Source: Dehalococcoidia bacterium
GTDB lineage: Bacteria; Chloroflexota; Dehalococcoidia; Lucifugimonadales; UBA3495
DNA: 64,000 nucleotides
Assembly (NCBI GenBank): GCA_965220265.1
Contig: CBDCPM010000003.1
Span: 23,673 to 87,672 of the forward strand
Direction of reading: 5' to 3'
Below, in pieces: positions 1 through 9,061 of this stretch. The position numbers and the translations under genes were made by a program. The notes under the pieces were generated by a model. The model saw only the letters and a program-made list of their open reading frames with translations, was not told the DNA's origin and searched no databases. Each line of letters begins with the position of its first letter. The stretch's first letter is position 1.

Positions 1-348
1 CTCCTGCTCCTCAAGCTCGATCACGCACAGGTTGTAGGGCGTCTGTTCCTTCTCGTGGATTGCCGGGTGCACCGGATGCCGGACTATTACGTAGGAATAG
101 ACGAAGCCCCTGCCACTGACCCTGGTCCAGTTGTAGTCCAGCGACGAGCATTCGGGACACATGGGCGTTGGCAGGTGCCGGAACAACCCGCAATCCAAGC
201 ACCGCTGTATACGAAGCTCGCCGTTTCGTGAGCCCTCCCAGAAACCTCGCTCGTAGTCCGGCACCCGCTCCAGGTCGGGCAACGGTATGCCCTCCAGGGG
301 CGCGGTCATGGGCCGGGACCTGACGGTGTGTTCTCCTTGCTGGGTCAT
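1..348 (-). CDS. DUF35-type zinc-ribbon/OB-fold acyl-CoA-associated protein (3' end runs off the window)
   Basis: Hand translation of the minus strand from ATG at 346-348: MTQQGEHTVRSRPMTAPLEG...RIQRCLDCGLFRHLPTPMCPECSS...GFVYSYVIVRHP. A CxxC..CxxC ribbon is followed by the start of an OB-fold. It lies directly downstream of a thiolase-like gene, the usual pairing. It is absent from the ORF track because no stop lies inside the window. Confidence 0.75.
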   Translation of the reverse strand, partial: MTQQGEHTVRSRPMTAPLEGIPLPDLERVPDYERGFWEGSRNGELRIQRCLDCGLFRHLPTPMCPECSSLDYNWTRVSGRGFVYSYVIVRHPVHPAIHEKEQTPYNLCVIELEEQE

Positions 349-393
349 CGAAGCTCCTCGCTATCCCGAGACAATCCGGAGGCCATTCCGGCG

Positions 394-1584
394 CTATCCC
401 CGGCGAATTATCACGGCGCCGCTCAGTTGGGCCACGCTGCTGCAGGACAGGACCCGGTTGATGGTCTTGTGGGGCGGCTGCGCGGTGGAAATGCCCCGGA
501 TCAGCCGCACCGCCTCCTGGACGTGGGTCAGGCCATGGATGTACGCCTCGGAGTGATTGCCGCCGTGGGTATTGGTGGGCAGCGACCCATCGAACCGGAT
601 GTTTCCGCCCCCTTCCACGAAGTCCTTCCCCTCGCCCCGGGGCACAAATCCGTAGGCTTCCAGGTTCAGCAGGCAGAAGGGCGTGAAGTGATCGTAGAAC
701 ATCAGCGCGTCCATGTCCGTGGCATCCAGCCGGGCCCGCGCCCAAAGATCGCGTGCGGTGTTCTCCGACTCCGCCGTCGCCAGGTCGGGACGGTAGATGA
801 TGCCGTCGTTCCGGGGGCCGGAGCCCTGGGCAGCCGCCTCCACTAGAGTCAGCGTGCCGGAGTGGCGCAGTTCCCTGGCGCGCTCCGGGGTGGTCATCAC
901 CACAGCGGCGGCGCCGTCGTTTTCCTGGCAGAAGTCCAGGACGTGCAGCGGATCCACGACCATGCGGGAATTCTGGTGGTCGTCGATGGTGATGGGCTCC
1001 CTTCGCAGCGCGCGGGGATTCCGGGACGCGTGCTCCCGCAGGGTGACCGCGACCCAACCAAAGTGGCGGCTCGTGGCCCCGTAATGGTGCATGTAGCGCC
1101 GGACGAACATGCCGAAACGATGCGCCGGCGCCATGTTGCCCCAGGGAACGGCGAAGCTGTCCGCCCCGCCGGCGATTCGCTCCGGGCCTCTGGCCCGGCC
1201 CAGGCGCAACCCGGAACGCAGGTTGGCGGCCCGAAAGCACACCACATAGTTGCAATATCCGGCGGCGATGGCGGCGGCGGCATGCCCCACAACGGCGTTG
1301 CCCGCGCCCCCGCCATAGGAGACGGATTCCCAGTGACGCAGGTTCTTGATGCCCAACGACTGCACCAGCAGGGTCTCGTGGTTCGACTCCATGTCGTACC
1401 GGATCAGGCCGTCGATATCCTGCGGCGCGATGCCCGCGTCGTCGCAGGCTGCCTTGATCGCTTCCGAGGCAAGCTGCAACTCGCTGCGGCCCGAGTTCCA
1501 CGAAAACTCCGTTTCGCCGATGCCGACGATCGCGGCCTTGTCCCGAATCCCGTTGGTGTTGGCCGGGATGATGTTGGGCGCCAT
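394..1584 (-). CDS. thiolase-like protein (SCP-x / lipid-transfer type, non-acetoacetyl thiolase family)
   Basis: 396-aa ORF. It starts AIVGIGETEF and has the C-terminal NTHGGNHSEAYIHG motif typical of the thiolase fold. It starts 6 nt after the upstream CoA-transferase stop. Confidence 0.85.
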   Translation of the reverse strand: MAPNIIPANTNGIRDKAAIVGIGETEFSWNSGRSELQLASEAIKAACDDAGIAPQDIDGLIRYDMESNHETLLVQSLGIKNLRHWESVSYGGGAGNAVVGHAAAAIAAGYCNYVVCFRAANLRSGLRLGRARGPERIAGGADSFAVPWGNMAPAHRFGMFVRRYMHHYGATSRHFGWVAVTLREHASRNPRALRREPITIDDHQNSRMVVDPLHVLDFCQENDGAAAVVMTTPERARELRHSGTLTLVEAAAQGSGPRNDGIIYRPDLATAESENTARDLWARARLDATDMDALMFYDHFTPFCLLNLEAYGFVPRGEGKDFVEGGGNIRFDGSLPTNTHGGNHSEAYIHGLTHVQEAVRLIRGISTAQPPHKTINRVLSCSSVAQLSGAVIIRRG

Positions 1585-1590
1585 TGCCTG

Positions 1591-4017
1591 CTATTCCTCC
1601 TCCCAGTCCACTACCTTCCGTTGTTTCAGGTCGTGGATTTGTTCGTCGGTATACCCCAGCTCCCGCAGAATGGGGCGAGTGTGCTGACCTTTGAGCGGCC
1701 CCGGTCCCGCCTTGCCAGTGGTATCCGAGAACTCGACCACGGGAGAATGCCGCCAGAACTGACCATAGCGTGGCCCCTCCACCTGGGTGAGGAGCCCGTT
1801 CTCACGCACGTGGGGATCCTCGTTGAAAAAGAAATACATCCCCCGGTCCTCGGCCTTGACGCATGCCACGTCGGCGGCAGTGAGCAGCCTCTCCCAATGC
1901 AGCGGTTCTTCGGCAGCGAACACCCTGGCCAACTCGCCGGCGAGCGCATCGTCGTGCTCTCCTCTCATCCCGGGAGTGGCAAACCGGGGATCATCCAGCA
2001 GGTCCGTGCGGTCGATGGTGCGGCACAGCGCCTCCCACTCGTCTTCGAAGAGACACGCGAGGAACACCCATCCGGTTTTGGCCCGGTACAGGCGGTATAG
2101 GGCGTGCAGCCCGTATCCGTCACCATCCGGCAGCGGGCGAGGTTGCTTGCCCTCGTGCCAGTAGAAGTCGTCGACGTTGGCATAGGCGTTGGCGGCGATC
2201 ATGGTGGACTCGACGTATTGCGCCGCGCCGGTGCGCTCACGGGCATACAGCCCCAGTAACAGGCCAACGGCATTGACCATGGCCGTGGTGTGATCGGCGG
2301 TGCCGTCGTTGGCCCGTTTTAGCTGCCTGGATACGGCCGCAATGTCGTCGATGGACATGGACTGGTCCGGCGGCGGGAAGGCGTCCCGCCCCATCTGGGC
2401 CACGCCGCCTCCGGACACGGCCCCGGCGATGGGAGCCATGGACGGCCGGTGAGAGTAGGGCCCGGTGGAGCCGTAGCCGCCGGCGTAGAGGTAGACCAGG
2501 TTGGGGTTGATCTTCGATAGCTGCTCGTAACCGATGCCCGTGCGCTCGGGAGCCCCCGGACGCATGCTGTGAAGGAGCAGGTCGGCCCTGGCCACCAACT
2601 TGCCCATGATCTCCTGGCCCTCCGGGGTCTTGAGGTCCAGGCAAATGTCCTCGGAGCCCGCCATGGTTCGGTGGACCGTCATGGGCATGCCCTGCCTGCC
2701 CCAGTCGCCGCCGGGCGCTTCGATGCGGATTACCCTGGCGCCCAACTCGGCCACTAGGGCGCAACCCAGGGGCCCGTTGATCACCGTCCCCAGGTCCAGG
2801 AGTGTTATTCCTTCCAACGGATGCATCGGCATCGGTTCCTTGCTCCCATTGGAACGAGTTCCGGCGTCGCCGCCAAGGCGGGCGAGCACCTCCGCTGTGT
2901 GTTGGCCCAGTGCCGGGGCCGGCCCCCGCGCGCTGCCCGGTGTCCCCCTCATGTTCACTATGGGGCCAAGCTGACGTGTTTCGCCGACTCCCGGTACAAA
3001 CACGCCCTGCACGTTGCCGTTGTGCACGATCTGCAGATGGTCCAGGGCCTGCTCGGAGGTGAGGTAGGGCTCGGCAGCCACGTTGCCGGCCTGGCCCAGG
3101 AATATGGCCATCCACTCGTCCAGCGTCTTTTCCTGGACTTTCTCCAGCATGATTCCTTCCAGGGACGCGACGGCTTCTCGGTCCAGGAAGGGAGCGGTTT
3201 TGAAACGCGGGTCCTCGTATATGAAGTCCATGTCCAGCCAGTGCATCATGGACCGGAACAGCCTCTCCACCACGTTCCCCATTTGGATCCAGTGGCCGTC
3301 CCCGGTACGGGCGGGCAGGTAGCCCGTGGGGTTGGGACGCCCGATGCCCACCCTGGGATCCGGCGGGTAGGTGTCGGGGAGGTTCTCAATCATCTGGCCG
3401 TATACCCAGGACACGTGATCATAGGTGGTCACGGCCTTCAGCATGCTGGTCTCCACCCGTTGACCCAGGCCGGTCTTTTCCCGTACGTAGAGGGCAGCCG
3501 TGATGCCGCGAATCAGCGCCGTGGCGGCGGAGTGGCAAACGCCCTGAACCACGACGTAGTTGGGGCCTTCCCTGGGGTGCTGCTCGGCGAACATCATCAT
3601 CCGGCCGCTCTTGGCGGCCACCACCGCGTCGTAACCCTTGTAGTTGGCGTAGGGCCCCTCGGGTCCGAAGCTGGTCAGCGTGGCATAAACCAGCCCGGGA
3701 TGACCGGCGCGCAGGCTGTCGTAGTCAATGCCCAGCCGCTGGGTGACCCCGGGCCGGAAGCTTTCGACGACAACGTCGGCAAGCGGCGCCAACTCCCGGG
3801 CGCTATCCCTGCCTTTCTGAGTCTTCAGGTCGAGGACAACGCTTTTCTTGCCGCGATTCCATTGGATCGATCCCGGCGAGCTCCTGAATCTTTCTCCCCC
3901 CGGCGGTTCAACCTTGATGACTTCGGCGCCGAAGTCGGACATCACCATGGTGGCGACGCCGCCAGCCCGGCCGCTGGTGAAGTCAAGGACGGTGATTCCA
4001 TCAAAGACCTGCGCCAT
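1591..4017 (-). CDS. family III (CaiB/BaiF) CoA-transferase, two tandem transferase domains fused in one 808-aa chain
   Basis: N-terminus is GITVLDFTSGRAGGVATMVMSDFGAEVIKVEPPGG. A second copy of the same signature lies mid-protein (GITLLDLGTVINGPLGCALVAELGARVIRIEAPGG). Confidence 0.85.
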   Translation of the reverse strand: MAQVFDGITVLDFTSGRAGGVATMVMSDFGAEVIKVEPPGGERFRSSPGSIQWNRGKKSVVLDLKTQKGRDSARELAPLADVVVESFRPGVTQRLGIDYDSLRAGHPGLVYATLTSFGPEGPYANYKGYDAVVAAKSGRMMMFAEQHPREGPNYVVVQGVCHSAATALIRGITAALYVREKTGLGQRVETSMLKAVTTYDHVSWVYGQMIENLPDTYPPDPRVGIGRPNPTGYLPARTGDGHWIQMGNVVERLFRSMMHWLDMDFIYEDPRFKTAPFLDREAVASLEGIMLEKVQEKTLDEWMAIFLGQAGNVAAEPYLTSEQALDHLQIVHNGNVQGVFVPGVGETRQLGPIVNMRGTPGSARGPAPALGQHTAEVLARLGGDAGTRSNGSKEPMPMHPLEGITLLDLGTVINGPLGCALVAELGARVIRIEAPGGDWGRQGMPMTVHRTMAGSEDICLDLKTPEGQEIMGKLVARADLLLHSMRPGAPERTGIGYEQLSKINPNLVYLYAGGYGSTGPYSHRPSMAPIAGAVSGGGVAQMGRDAFPPPDQSMSIDDIAAVSRQLKRANDGTADHTTAMVNAVGLLLGLYARERTGAAQYVESTMIAANAYANVDDFYWHEGKQPRPLPDGDGYGLHALYRLYRAKTGWVFLACLFEDEWEALCRTIDRTDLLDDPRFATPGMRGEHDDALAGELARVFAAEEPLHWERLLTAADVACVKAEDRGMYFFFNEDPHVRENGLLTQVEGPRYGQFWRHSPVVEFSDTTGKAGPGPLKGQHTRPILRELGYTDEQIHDLKQRKVVDWEEE

Positions 4018-4212
4018 CGCACCCCCCTTGTTAGTCGGCCAATCTATTGGCCCACGGATGCGCCGGGCGGTGGGTCAAGGCATCGGATAACTCGTACCCG
4101 TCCTGCCGTACCCGTCCTGCGGGATGGCCACCATGTGCTCGACGCAACACGTCCCTATGCTGACGCCATGATACGGCGTTTTCAGCGCTGGCGCCATCCG
4201 CGGCCCCAGCAC

Positions 4213-4435
4213 AGTCTGGGGGAATGGCCTCCCCCGCCACCAGAATCCGCCCCGGATATCGAAAGGCGCAAAGCTGGAGCGCGAAGCCCAGCCGGTTGTG
4301 TCCTCCGCGCCGCACCCGGATCTGCTCGATGTCGTCGTCGGACAGCGTGTAATGGCGCAGCAGCGCGGCTTCGTCCATGGGCAGGTCGAACAGCGCCGCG
4401 CGCTGGCGTGCGCTCCAGATGCTTTGTCTCGGCAT
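4213..4435 (-). pseudogene. tnpA: Tn3-family transposase TnpA, N-terminal (DUF4158-like) fragment only
   Basis: MPRQSIWSARQRAALFDLPMDEAALLRHYTLSDDDIEQIRVRRGGHNRLGFALQLCAFRYPG closely parallels the Tn21/Tn3 TnpA N-terminus. About 900 further residues expected for TnpA are missing. The gene is divergent from a resolvase. Confidence 0.75.
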
Positions 4436-4547
4436 GTTCCACCTCTCCGTTATCCGTTCATCCCGGCAGGCGTGGCGCTGTCCGTAAGGGGATCGTCCAG
4501 CGAACGGGGCAGTCGGTCGTCCCGACCCCCGCCAAACCGGAACCAGC

Positions 4548-4575
4548 AGCGTCTCATATGAAGCGTCTCATATGA
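4548..4575. promoter_or_regulatory. tandem 14-bp repeat AGCGTCTCATATGA x2 (each holds the palindrome TCATATGA); candidate res subsite/operator
   Basis: Read directly. It lies in the tnpA-tnpR divergent intergenic region, where Tn3-family res sites sit. Confidence 0.35.
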
Positions 4576-4630
4576 TATGAATGGTACGGAAACAATTGCG
4601 GAAGCGGGACCCTATCCGTACACTTCCCCC

Positions 4631-5209
4631 ATGACGGCAACGCTCATCGGATACGCCCGCTGTTCCACCGACCGGCAGGATCCGGCGGCCCAGCGCCAGG
4701 CGCTCCTGGAGCTGGGTGTCGCCGAGGATCGCATCTACACCGATCACGGCCTCACCGGCACCACCCGCGCCCGCCCCGACTTCGACCAGGCCCTCGCCGC
4801 CGTGCGCGCAGGCGACACGCTGGTCGTGCCGAAACTCGACCGGCTGGCCAGGTCCGTCCCGGATGCCCGCGCCATCGCCGATCGGCTTCAGGAACGCGGC
4901 GTGAAACTGGCCCTCGGCCGGGCCCTCTACGACCCGGACGATCCGATGGGAAAGCTGTTCTTCAATATCCTCGCCACCTTCGCCGAATTCGAAGCCGATC
5001 TCATCCGCATGCGCACCCGCGAGGGCATGGCCATCGCCCGCGCCAGGGGGCAATTGCGCGGCAAGCAGCCCAAACTGTCCGACCGACAGCAGCGGGAACT
5101 CTGCCGCATGCATGCCACCGGCGAGTATTCCATCAGCGATCTCGCCGAGCTCTTCTCCGTCTCAAGACCAACCGTCTATCGCACACTCAACCGGCGCCTT
5201 TCCCCTTAG
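4631..5209 (+). CDS. tnpR: serine recombinase (Tn3-family resolvase)
   Basis: MTATLIGYARCSTDRQD with the catalytic Ser motif, a central DRLARS element and a C-terminal HTH (ISDLAELFSVSRPTVYR). The start is placed at the internal ATG 4631 rather than the ORF-track start 4577. Confidence 0.9.
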   Translation: MTATLIGYARCSTDRQDPAAQRQALLELGVAEDRIYTDHGLTGTTRARPDFDQALAAVRAGDTLVVPKLDRLARSVPDARAIADRLQERGVKLALGRALYDPDDPMGKLFFNILATFAEFEADLIRMRTREGMAIARARGQLRGKQPKLSDRQQRELCRMHATGEYSISDLAELFSVSRPTVYRTLNRRLSP

Positions 5210-5271
5210 CGTACGATCCTGCCCCCTACCGGAATCGACCCGGCAATGCGCGTCTGTCGTGGAGGTTAGCC

Positions 5272-5940
5272 ATGTGGGTAATGTTATGCGGACTCGGAGT
5301 AATTTCGGCGGGGGTGTGTATCATCGCGGTTACGGTGTTGCATTCGACCAACCAGTTAGTTTTCGCTGGAGTAGCGCTGCTTACAGCTTTCATGGCGATG
5401 TGGCTTTTTGCCCTTGCGGCCCCGTACATTCCAGGCGGAAATTTGCCCGTGCCGATTGGGCTACCCGATTGGTGTGAAAGGCTACTCCAAAGGTCAACAC
5501 GTATCCTGAAGCTGCTGCAGCTGCCTTGGAATATACTGAACCCTCGGTGCCGGTCTAGGGTTCTCTTTACCGTGTTCTTGGTTTCGACTATCGGATTGTT
5601 GGTATCAACGATAGTACTTCCTGGGGACGCTGTCATGGAAGCAGAGTCTATTCGAGCGAAATCTATCGCGCTGTTGGTATTGGCTCCAACGTTTGGTCTA
5701 GTAGCAGGCATACTATTTGGCCATGCTTTGACCTCGGCAAAATCCGCATCATCGGTCCTTTGCGTATTAGGCCTAATCGGGGCGGGTTTAATTATTCTGC
5801 CTATTATCGCGCTTATTGGGGAGTTGGTTGGATGGTCATTATTGCCAGACCAACATGGCCTACTTGTTTTGGCATCCTCTTACGCGTCGCTTGGAAACTT
5901 AATTTTGGGGGCAGTGATTTCCGTTTTCCAGCGACGGTGA
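5272..5940 (+). CDS. hypothetical multi-pass membrane protein (lower-GC passenger gene)
   Basis: 222 aa with several hydrophobic helices. GGAGG lies about 6 nt upstream of the ATG. GC is visibly lower than in the flanks. Confidence 0.55.
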   Translation: MWVMLCGLGVISAGVCIIAVTVLHSTNQLVFAGVALLTAFMAMWLFALAAPYIPGGNLPVPIGLPDWCERLLQRSTRILKLLQLPWNILNPRCRSRVLFTVFLVSTIGLLVSTIVLPGDAVMEAESIRAKSIALLVLAPTFGLVAGILFGHALTSAKSASSVLCVLGLIGAGLIILPIIALIGELVGWSLLPDQHGLLVLASSYASLGNLILGAVISVFQRR

Positions 5941-5959
5941 TACTGGTGAACTCGCGGCG

Positions 5960-6960
5960 CATCAAGAACGTAACCCGGTGGCAAGACCGACGTGTTGGAC
6001 TGCCAGTGGCTGCAGCAGTCGCACACCTATGGGCTGCGGTCGGGAGCCTTCCGCTTGGACTCCACCATCTGCGAAACCTACGGGCTGGCCAAGAAGGGGC
6101 GCGACACAATGGCTACACCGGCCATCGGGGCTATCACCCGCTGCTGGCCGTGGCCGCCGGCACCTGCGACGTGCTGATGTCTCGGCTGCGCGAGGGCCGC
6201 GCCAACACCGCTCGGGGCGCTGGTCGCTTCCTGCGCGAGACGTGGGTCGGGTACGCTATGCTGGTGCCGGTGGGCGACTCACGGTGGGGCCGACAGCGGC
6301 TTCTACACCCATGCCGTGGTGTCCGCCTGACGCAAGCTGGATGTCCGCTTCTCCATCACCATCCGCCAGCACGCCCGCCTGAGGGAGTTGATTGAGGCGA
6401 TACCGGAGCAGGACTGGACGCCCATCCTCTACTGGATGGACGGCGGCGCCGCCGTGGCCGAGACCACCTGCACCCCTTCCGGAGCGCGCCCGAGGCCGCG
6501 CCGGTGCGGCTCATCGTCCAGCGGGTGCAACCGACGCCCGGTTCCCAACTGGCCCTCTTCGCCACCTACCGCTATCACGGCTTCATCACCGACCGGGACG
6601 GGGACACCCTGGACCTGGAGGCCGACCATCGCCGCCACGCCGAGATCGAGAACGCGATACGCGGCCTCAAGTACGGCGTCGGCCTCAACCATCTCCCCTC
6701 GGGACGCTTCCCCACCAACGCCGCCTGGCTGGCCGTACAGGTGATAGCCCACAACCTGGCACGCTGGACAACGCGCATCGGTCTGGGCGAGCCGGTGGCA
6801 ACCACCAAGACCCTCCGGCGGCGCTTCTTCTCCCTGGCGGGACGGCTCACCCGCAAGGCACGCCGCCTCACTCTGCACCTTCCCTAGGGCTGGCCCTGGC
6901 AAAACCAATTCAGCAGCGCTCTGGCGCGACTACGCGCCCTGCCACTACCCTCCTGATCGC
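5960..6960 (+). pseudogene. IS1380-family DDE transposase, 5'-truncated, with several frameshifts and an in-frame stop
   Basis: Homology hops between frames: RLDSTICETYGLAKKG / YTGHRGYHPLLAVAAGTCDVLMSRLREGRANTARGAGRFLRET / VGRVRYAGAGGRLTV / ADSGFYTHAVVSA*RKLDVRFSITIRQ / RLIVQRVQPTPGSQLALFATYRYHGFITDRDGDTLDLEADHRRHAEIENAIRGLKYGVGLNHLPSGRF... Confidence 0.8.
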
Positions 6961-7226
6961 CTAACGGCGTCTACCCCGTCCGCCAGACCGCCTAACTGCC
7001 TCGCAAATCTGCGCCAGGCCGGTTCCCGCGTATCCCCTGCTGCAATCTGCCCGCTGATCTCGCCCGTCGCCGAAGCTGCGGTCCGTCAACATCCCCTTGG
7101 CGTGGCTATCACACCCTGTGCCAGCCGGATTGGAGTGGGTCAAGGCCGCGCCGCCTCGATCCGGCTCCTCTCATCCCTGGCTTTCTCGCGGTGGCCAGAC
7201 CCTTTCGGTGGATTTGGGCTTAGAGC

Positions 7227-7640
7227 CTATCCTAATAACCCAGCAGCTCTGAAGGCGGTGAGGGCGCAGGCGAAGTGAAGGAAGGCGATGTAGTTGTCGG
7301 GAGACTTGTCCCAGCGCACCAGGATGCGCCGGAAGCGGTTCAGCCAGCTGTGCGAGCGTTCCACCACCCAGCGCCTGGCTTTGAACCCAGCTTCTCTTTT
7401 GATGGCCTTGGCCTCCTCGCCCCGGCTGCGGATGTGAGCGGTGAAGCCAAACTCGTCCAACGTGCGTCGCACCTGGTCAAAGTCGTAGCCTTTATCCAGG
7501 CACATACCCTGGGGTTGGTCTGGACTGGGCGCCGGTCGCGGCACGGGCAGGCTGTCCACCGTGGCCCGCACCAGTTTCATGTCATGACGGTTGGCTCCGT
7601 CCACCGCCAGACCCACCGGAATGCCCTGGGCTTCGGTCAA
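7227..7640 (-). CDS. IS5-family transposase, DDE catalytic ORF (frame extends upstream to the G6A5 run)
   Basis: GIPVGLAVDGANRHDMKL...CLDKGYD...RWVVERSHSWLNRFRRILVRWDK. When read from the A-run, the upstream frame gives KTGSNPTDRGKGGVKRSLLTEAQG. Confidence 0.85.
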   Translation of the reverse strand: MTEAQGIPVGLAVDGANRHDMKLVRATVDSLPVPRPAPSPDQPQGMCLDKGYDFDQVRRTLDEFGFTAHIRSRGEEAKAIKREAGFKARRWVVERSHSWLNRFRRILVRWDKSPDNYIAFLHFACALTAFRAAGLLG

Positions 7641-7671
7641 CAGGCTACGCTTGACCCCGCCTTTGCCGCGG

Positions 7672-8115
7672 TCAGTGGGGTTGGAGCCGGTTTTTCCCCC
7701 CGCCCAAGGGCGATTTGGTCAGGGCGCCGTCCATACTCAGCCAACTCCAGTCCAGACCCTTCTGTTCGTCATAGCGTTCCAGTCCCACCCGCCACAGCCC
7801 CAGGAACACCCCAGCGGCAACCCATTCCTGAAAGCGCAGGTGGGCGGTGGACCCAGAGCAGATGCCCGTGGCGTCCAGCGCCTTCCACTGGCAGCCAGTG
7901 CGCAGCACGTAGCAGATGCCATTGGCGCAGGTGCGGTCAGGGACCCGGGGCCGACCGCCGCCGAAACCATGGGTGTTCACATGCTTGGGGATCAACGGTG
8001 CCAGCACCTCCCACAGCTCGTCGGAGATCTGGAACGCGCCGGTGGTAGGATTGGTCTTGGTGGCAGGCCCAGCACGCTTCGGACGAGGTGGCTTGGGGTC
8101 TTTCGCTTTGGTCAT
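7672..8115 (-). CDS. IS5-family transposase, N-terminal ORF (DUF4096-like HTH part)
   Basis: ISDELWEVLAPLIP...GGRPRVPDRTCANGICYVLRTGCQWKAL. It ends at a G6A5 run (7690-7700). Confidence 0.85.
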   Translation of the reverse strand: MTKAKDPKPPRPKRAGPATKTNPTTGAFQISDELWEVLAPLIPKHVNTHGFGGGRPRVPDRTCANGICYVLRTGCQWKALDATGICSGSTAHLRFQEWVAAGVFLGLWRVGLERYDEQKGLDWSWLSMDGALTKSPLGGGKNRLQPH

Positions 8116-8204
8116 TACCCCAGTCTAGCCGCAACCCCAACTTCGCGTCCCCCAATGGGCAGGCACGTTTCCGCCAGTTATTAGGATAGGCACTTAGAGC
8201 CTGT

Positions 8205-8669
8205 TTACAATCTTTTTAGGATTAGCACCATGAAGGCAAGCACTACCATTTGCAGGCTGGTATTGAGCTTTCTTTCGCAGTTCTTCCAGAGTCGGCGGCA
8301 CTTTTCCAGCCAGGCGAAAGACCGCTCCACCACCCATCGCTTCGGCAGCACCACGAAGGTGTGCAGTTCGCTGCGTTTCACCACTTCCACCGAGGCTCCC
8401 AACAGGCCTTGCACCGCAGTGGCAAAGGGCTTCCCGGTGTAACCCCCGTCCACCAGCACGTTCTGCACTTGACTGAGGCCGTCTCGGCGCCGGTCAAACA
8501 TCGCTAAAGCCCCGGCCCGGTCGGTAACGTCGGCGGTAGTCACGTGTATCCCATGGGGCAATCCTTGCGTGTCCACCGCGATATGACGCTTGATTCCCGA
8601 CACCTTCTTGCCCCCGTCATAGCCCTTGTGCCCGGCGGTGTCCGTGTTCTTCACGCTCTGGGAGTCCAC
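8205..8669 (-). CDS. IS5-family transposase, DDE ORF
   Basis: DSQSVKNTDTAGHKGYDGGKKVSGIKRHIAVD...VLVDGGYTG...RWVVERSFAWLEKCRRLWKNCE. Confidence 0.85.
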   Translation of the reverse strand: MDSQSVKNTDTAGHKGYDGGKKVSGIKRHIAVDTQGLPHGIHVTTADVTDRAGALAMFDRRRDGLSQVQNVLVDGGYTGKPFATAVQGLLGASVEVVKRSELHTFVVLPKRWVVERSFAWLEKCRRLWKNCERKLNTSLQMVVLAFMVLILKRL

Positions 8670-8997
8670 GATACAGAAGCTGGTCTGCTTTTTCCGACCA
8701 TTGCTTCGTCGGGCCGCGCCAACCGATTTTTTTTAGGACTCGCTCCAGAATGGATTCTTTCGCCGGGTCAGGCCGCTCGCTCCATTGCCGGAAATACTGG
8801 TAGCAGGTGCGCCAATCGGGGAAGTCCGCGGGCAGCATTCGCCACTGGCAGCCGCTTTTCAAAAGGTACAGTACGCCGCAGAAAACGTCGTACAAGTCCA
8901 CGGTGCGGGGCTTGGTCCGGCGTCGGGCCGACGCCAACGTCGGCAGAATACGGGCGAATTGCTCCCGGCTGATGTCGCTGGGATAGGAATGAGACAT
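8617..8997 (-). CDS. IS5-family transposase, N-terminal ORF
   Basis: ISREQFARILPTL...DLYDVFCGVLYLLKSGCQWRMLP. It runs into an A8 tract (plus-strand T8 at 8727-8734). Confidence 0.85.
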   Translation of the reverse strand: MSHSYPSDISREQFARILPTLASARRRTKPRTVDLYDVFCGVLYLLKSGCQWRMLPADFPDWRTCYQYFRQWSERPDPAKESILERVLKKIGWRGPTKQWSEKADQLLYRGLPEREEHGHRRAQGL

Positions 8998-9061
8998 GAT
9001 TACCCCTCCCCTGATGATAGTCTCAACTTAACCTATTTCAGAGATCATAGACAGGTTCTTA

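Larger units (their letters stand above)
7223..8193 (-). mobile_element. IS5-family insertion sequence (IS427-like), about 971 bp, flanked by TTA
   Basis: Terminal inverted repeats GAGCCTATCCTAATAAC / GTTATTAGGATAGGCAC (16 of 17 match). TTA lies at 7220-7222 and 8194-8196. It carries two transposase ORFs. Confidence 0.85.
8197..9058 (-). mobile_element. second IS5-family insertion sequence (IS1031/ISL2-like), about 862 bp, flanked by TTA
   Basis: Inverted repeats GAGCCTGTTTACAATCT / AGATCATAGACAGGTTC (13 of 17 match). TTA lies at 8194-8196 (shared with the neighbouring IS) and 9059-9061. Confidence 0.8.

Noticed and set aside
11-1501. 496-aa minus-strand ORF overlapping the thiolase-like and DUF35 genes. 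The same class includes 862-2100(+), 2821-4575(+), 2237-3115(-), 11270-13165(-), 16490-19423(+), 24836-26755(+), 28632-29990(-), 31186-32433(+), 33203-34030(-), 36026-36799(-), 49508-50710(-), 51051-52334(-) and 57271-58389(+).
   Set aside because: These are shadow frames typical of GC-rich DNA. Their translations are dominated by R/G/P/A runs with no family motifs. Each is fully overlapped by an ORF in another frame or strand that has clear family signatures.
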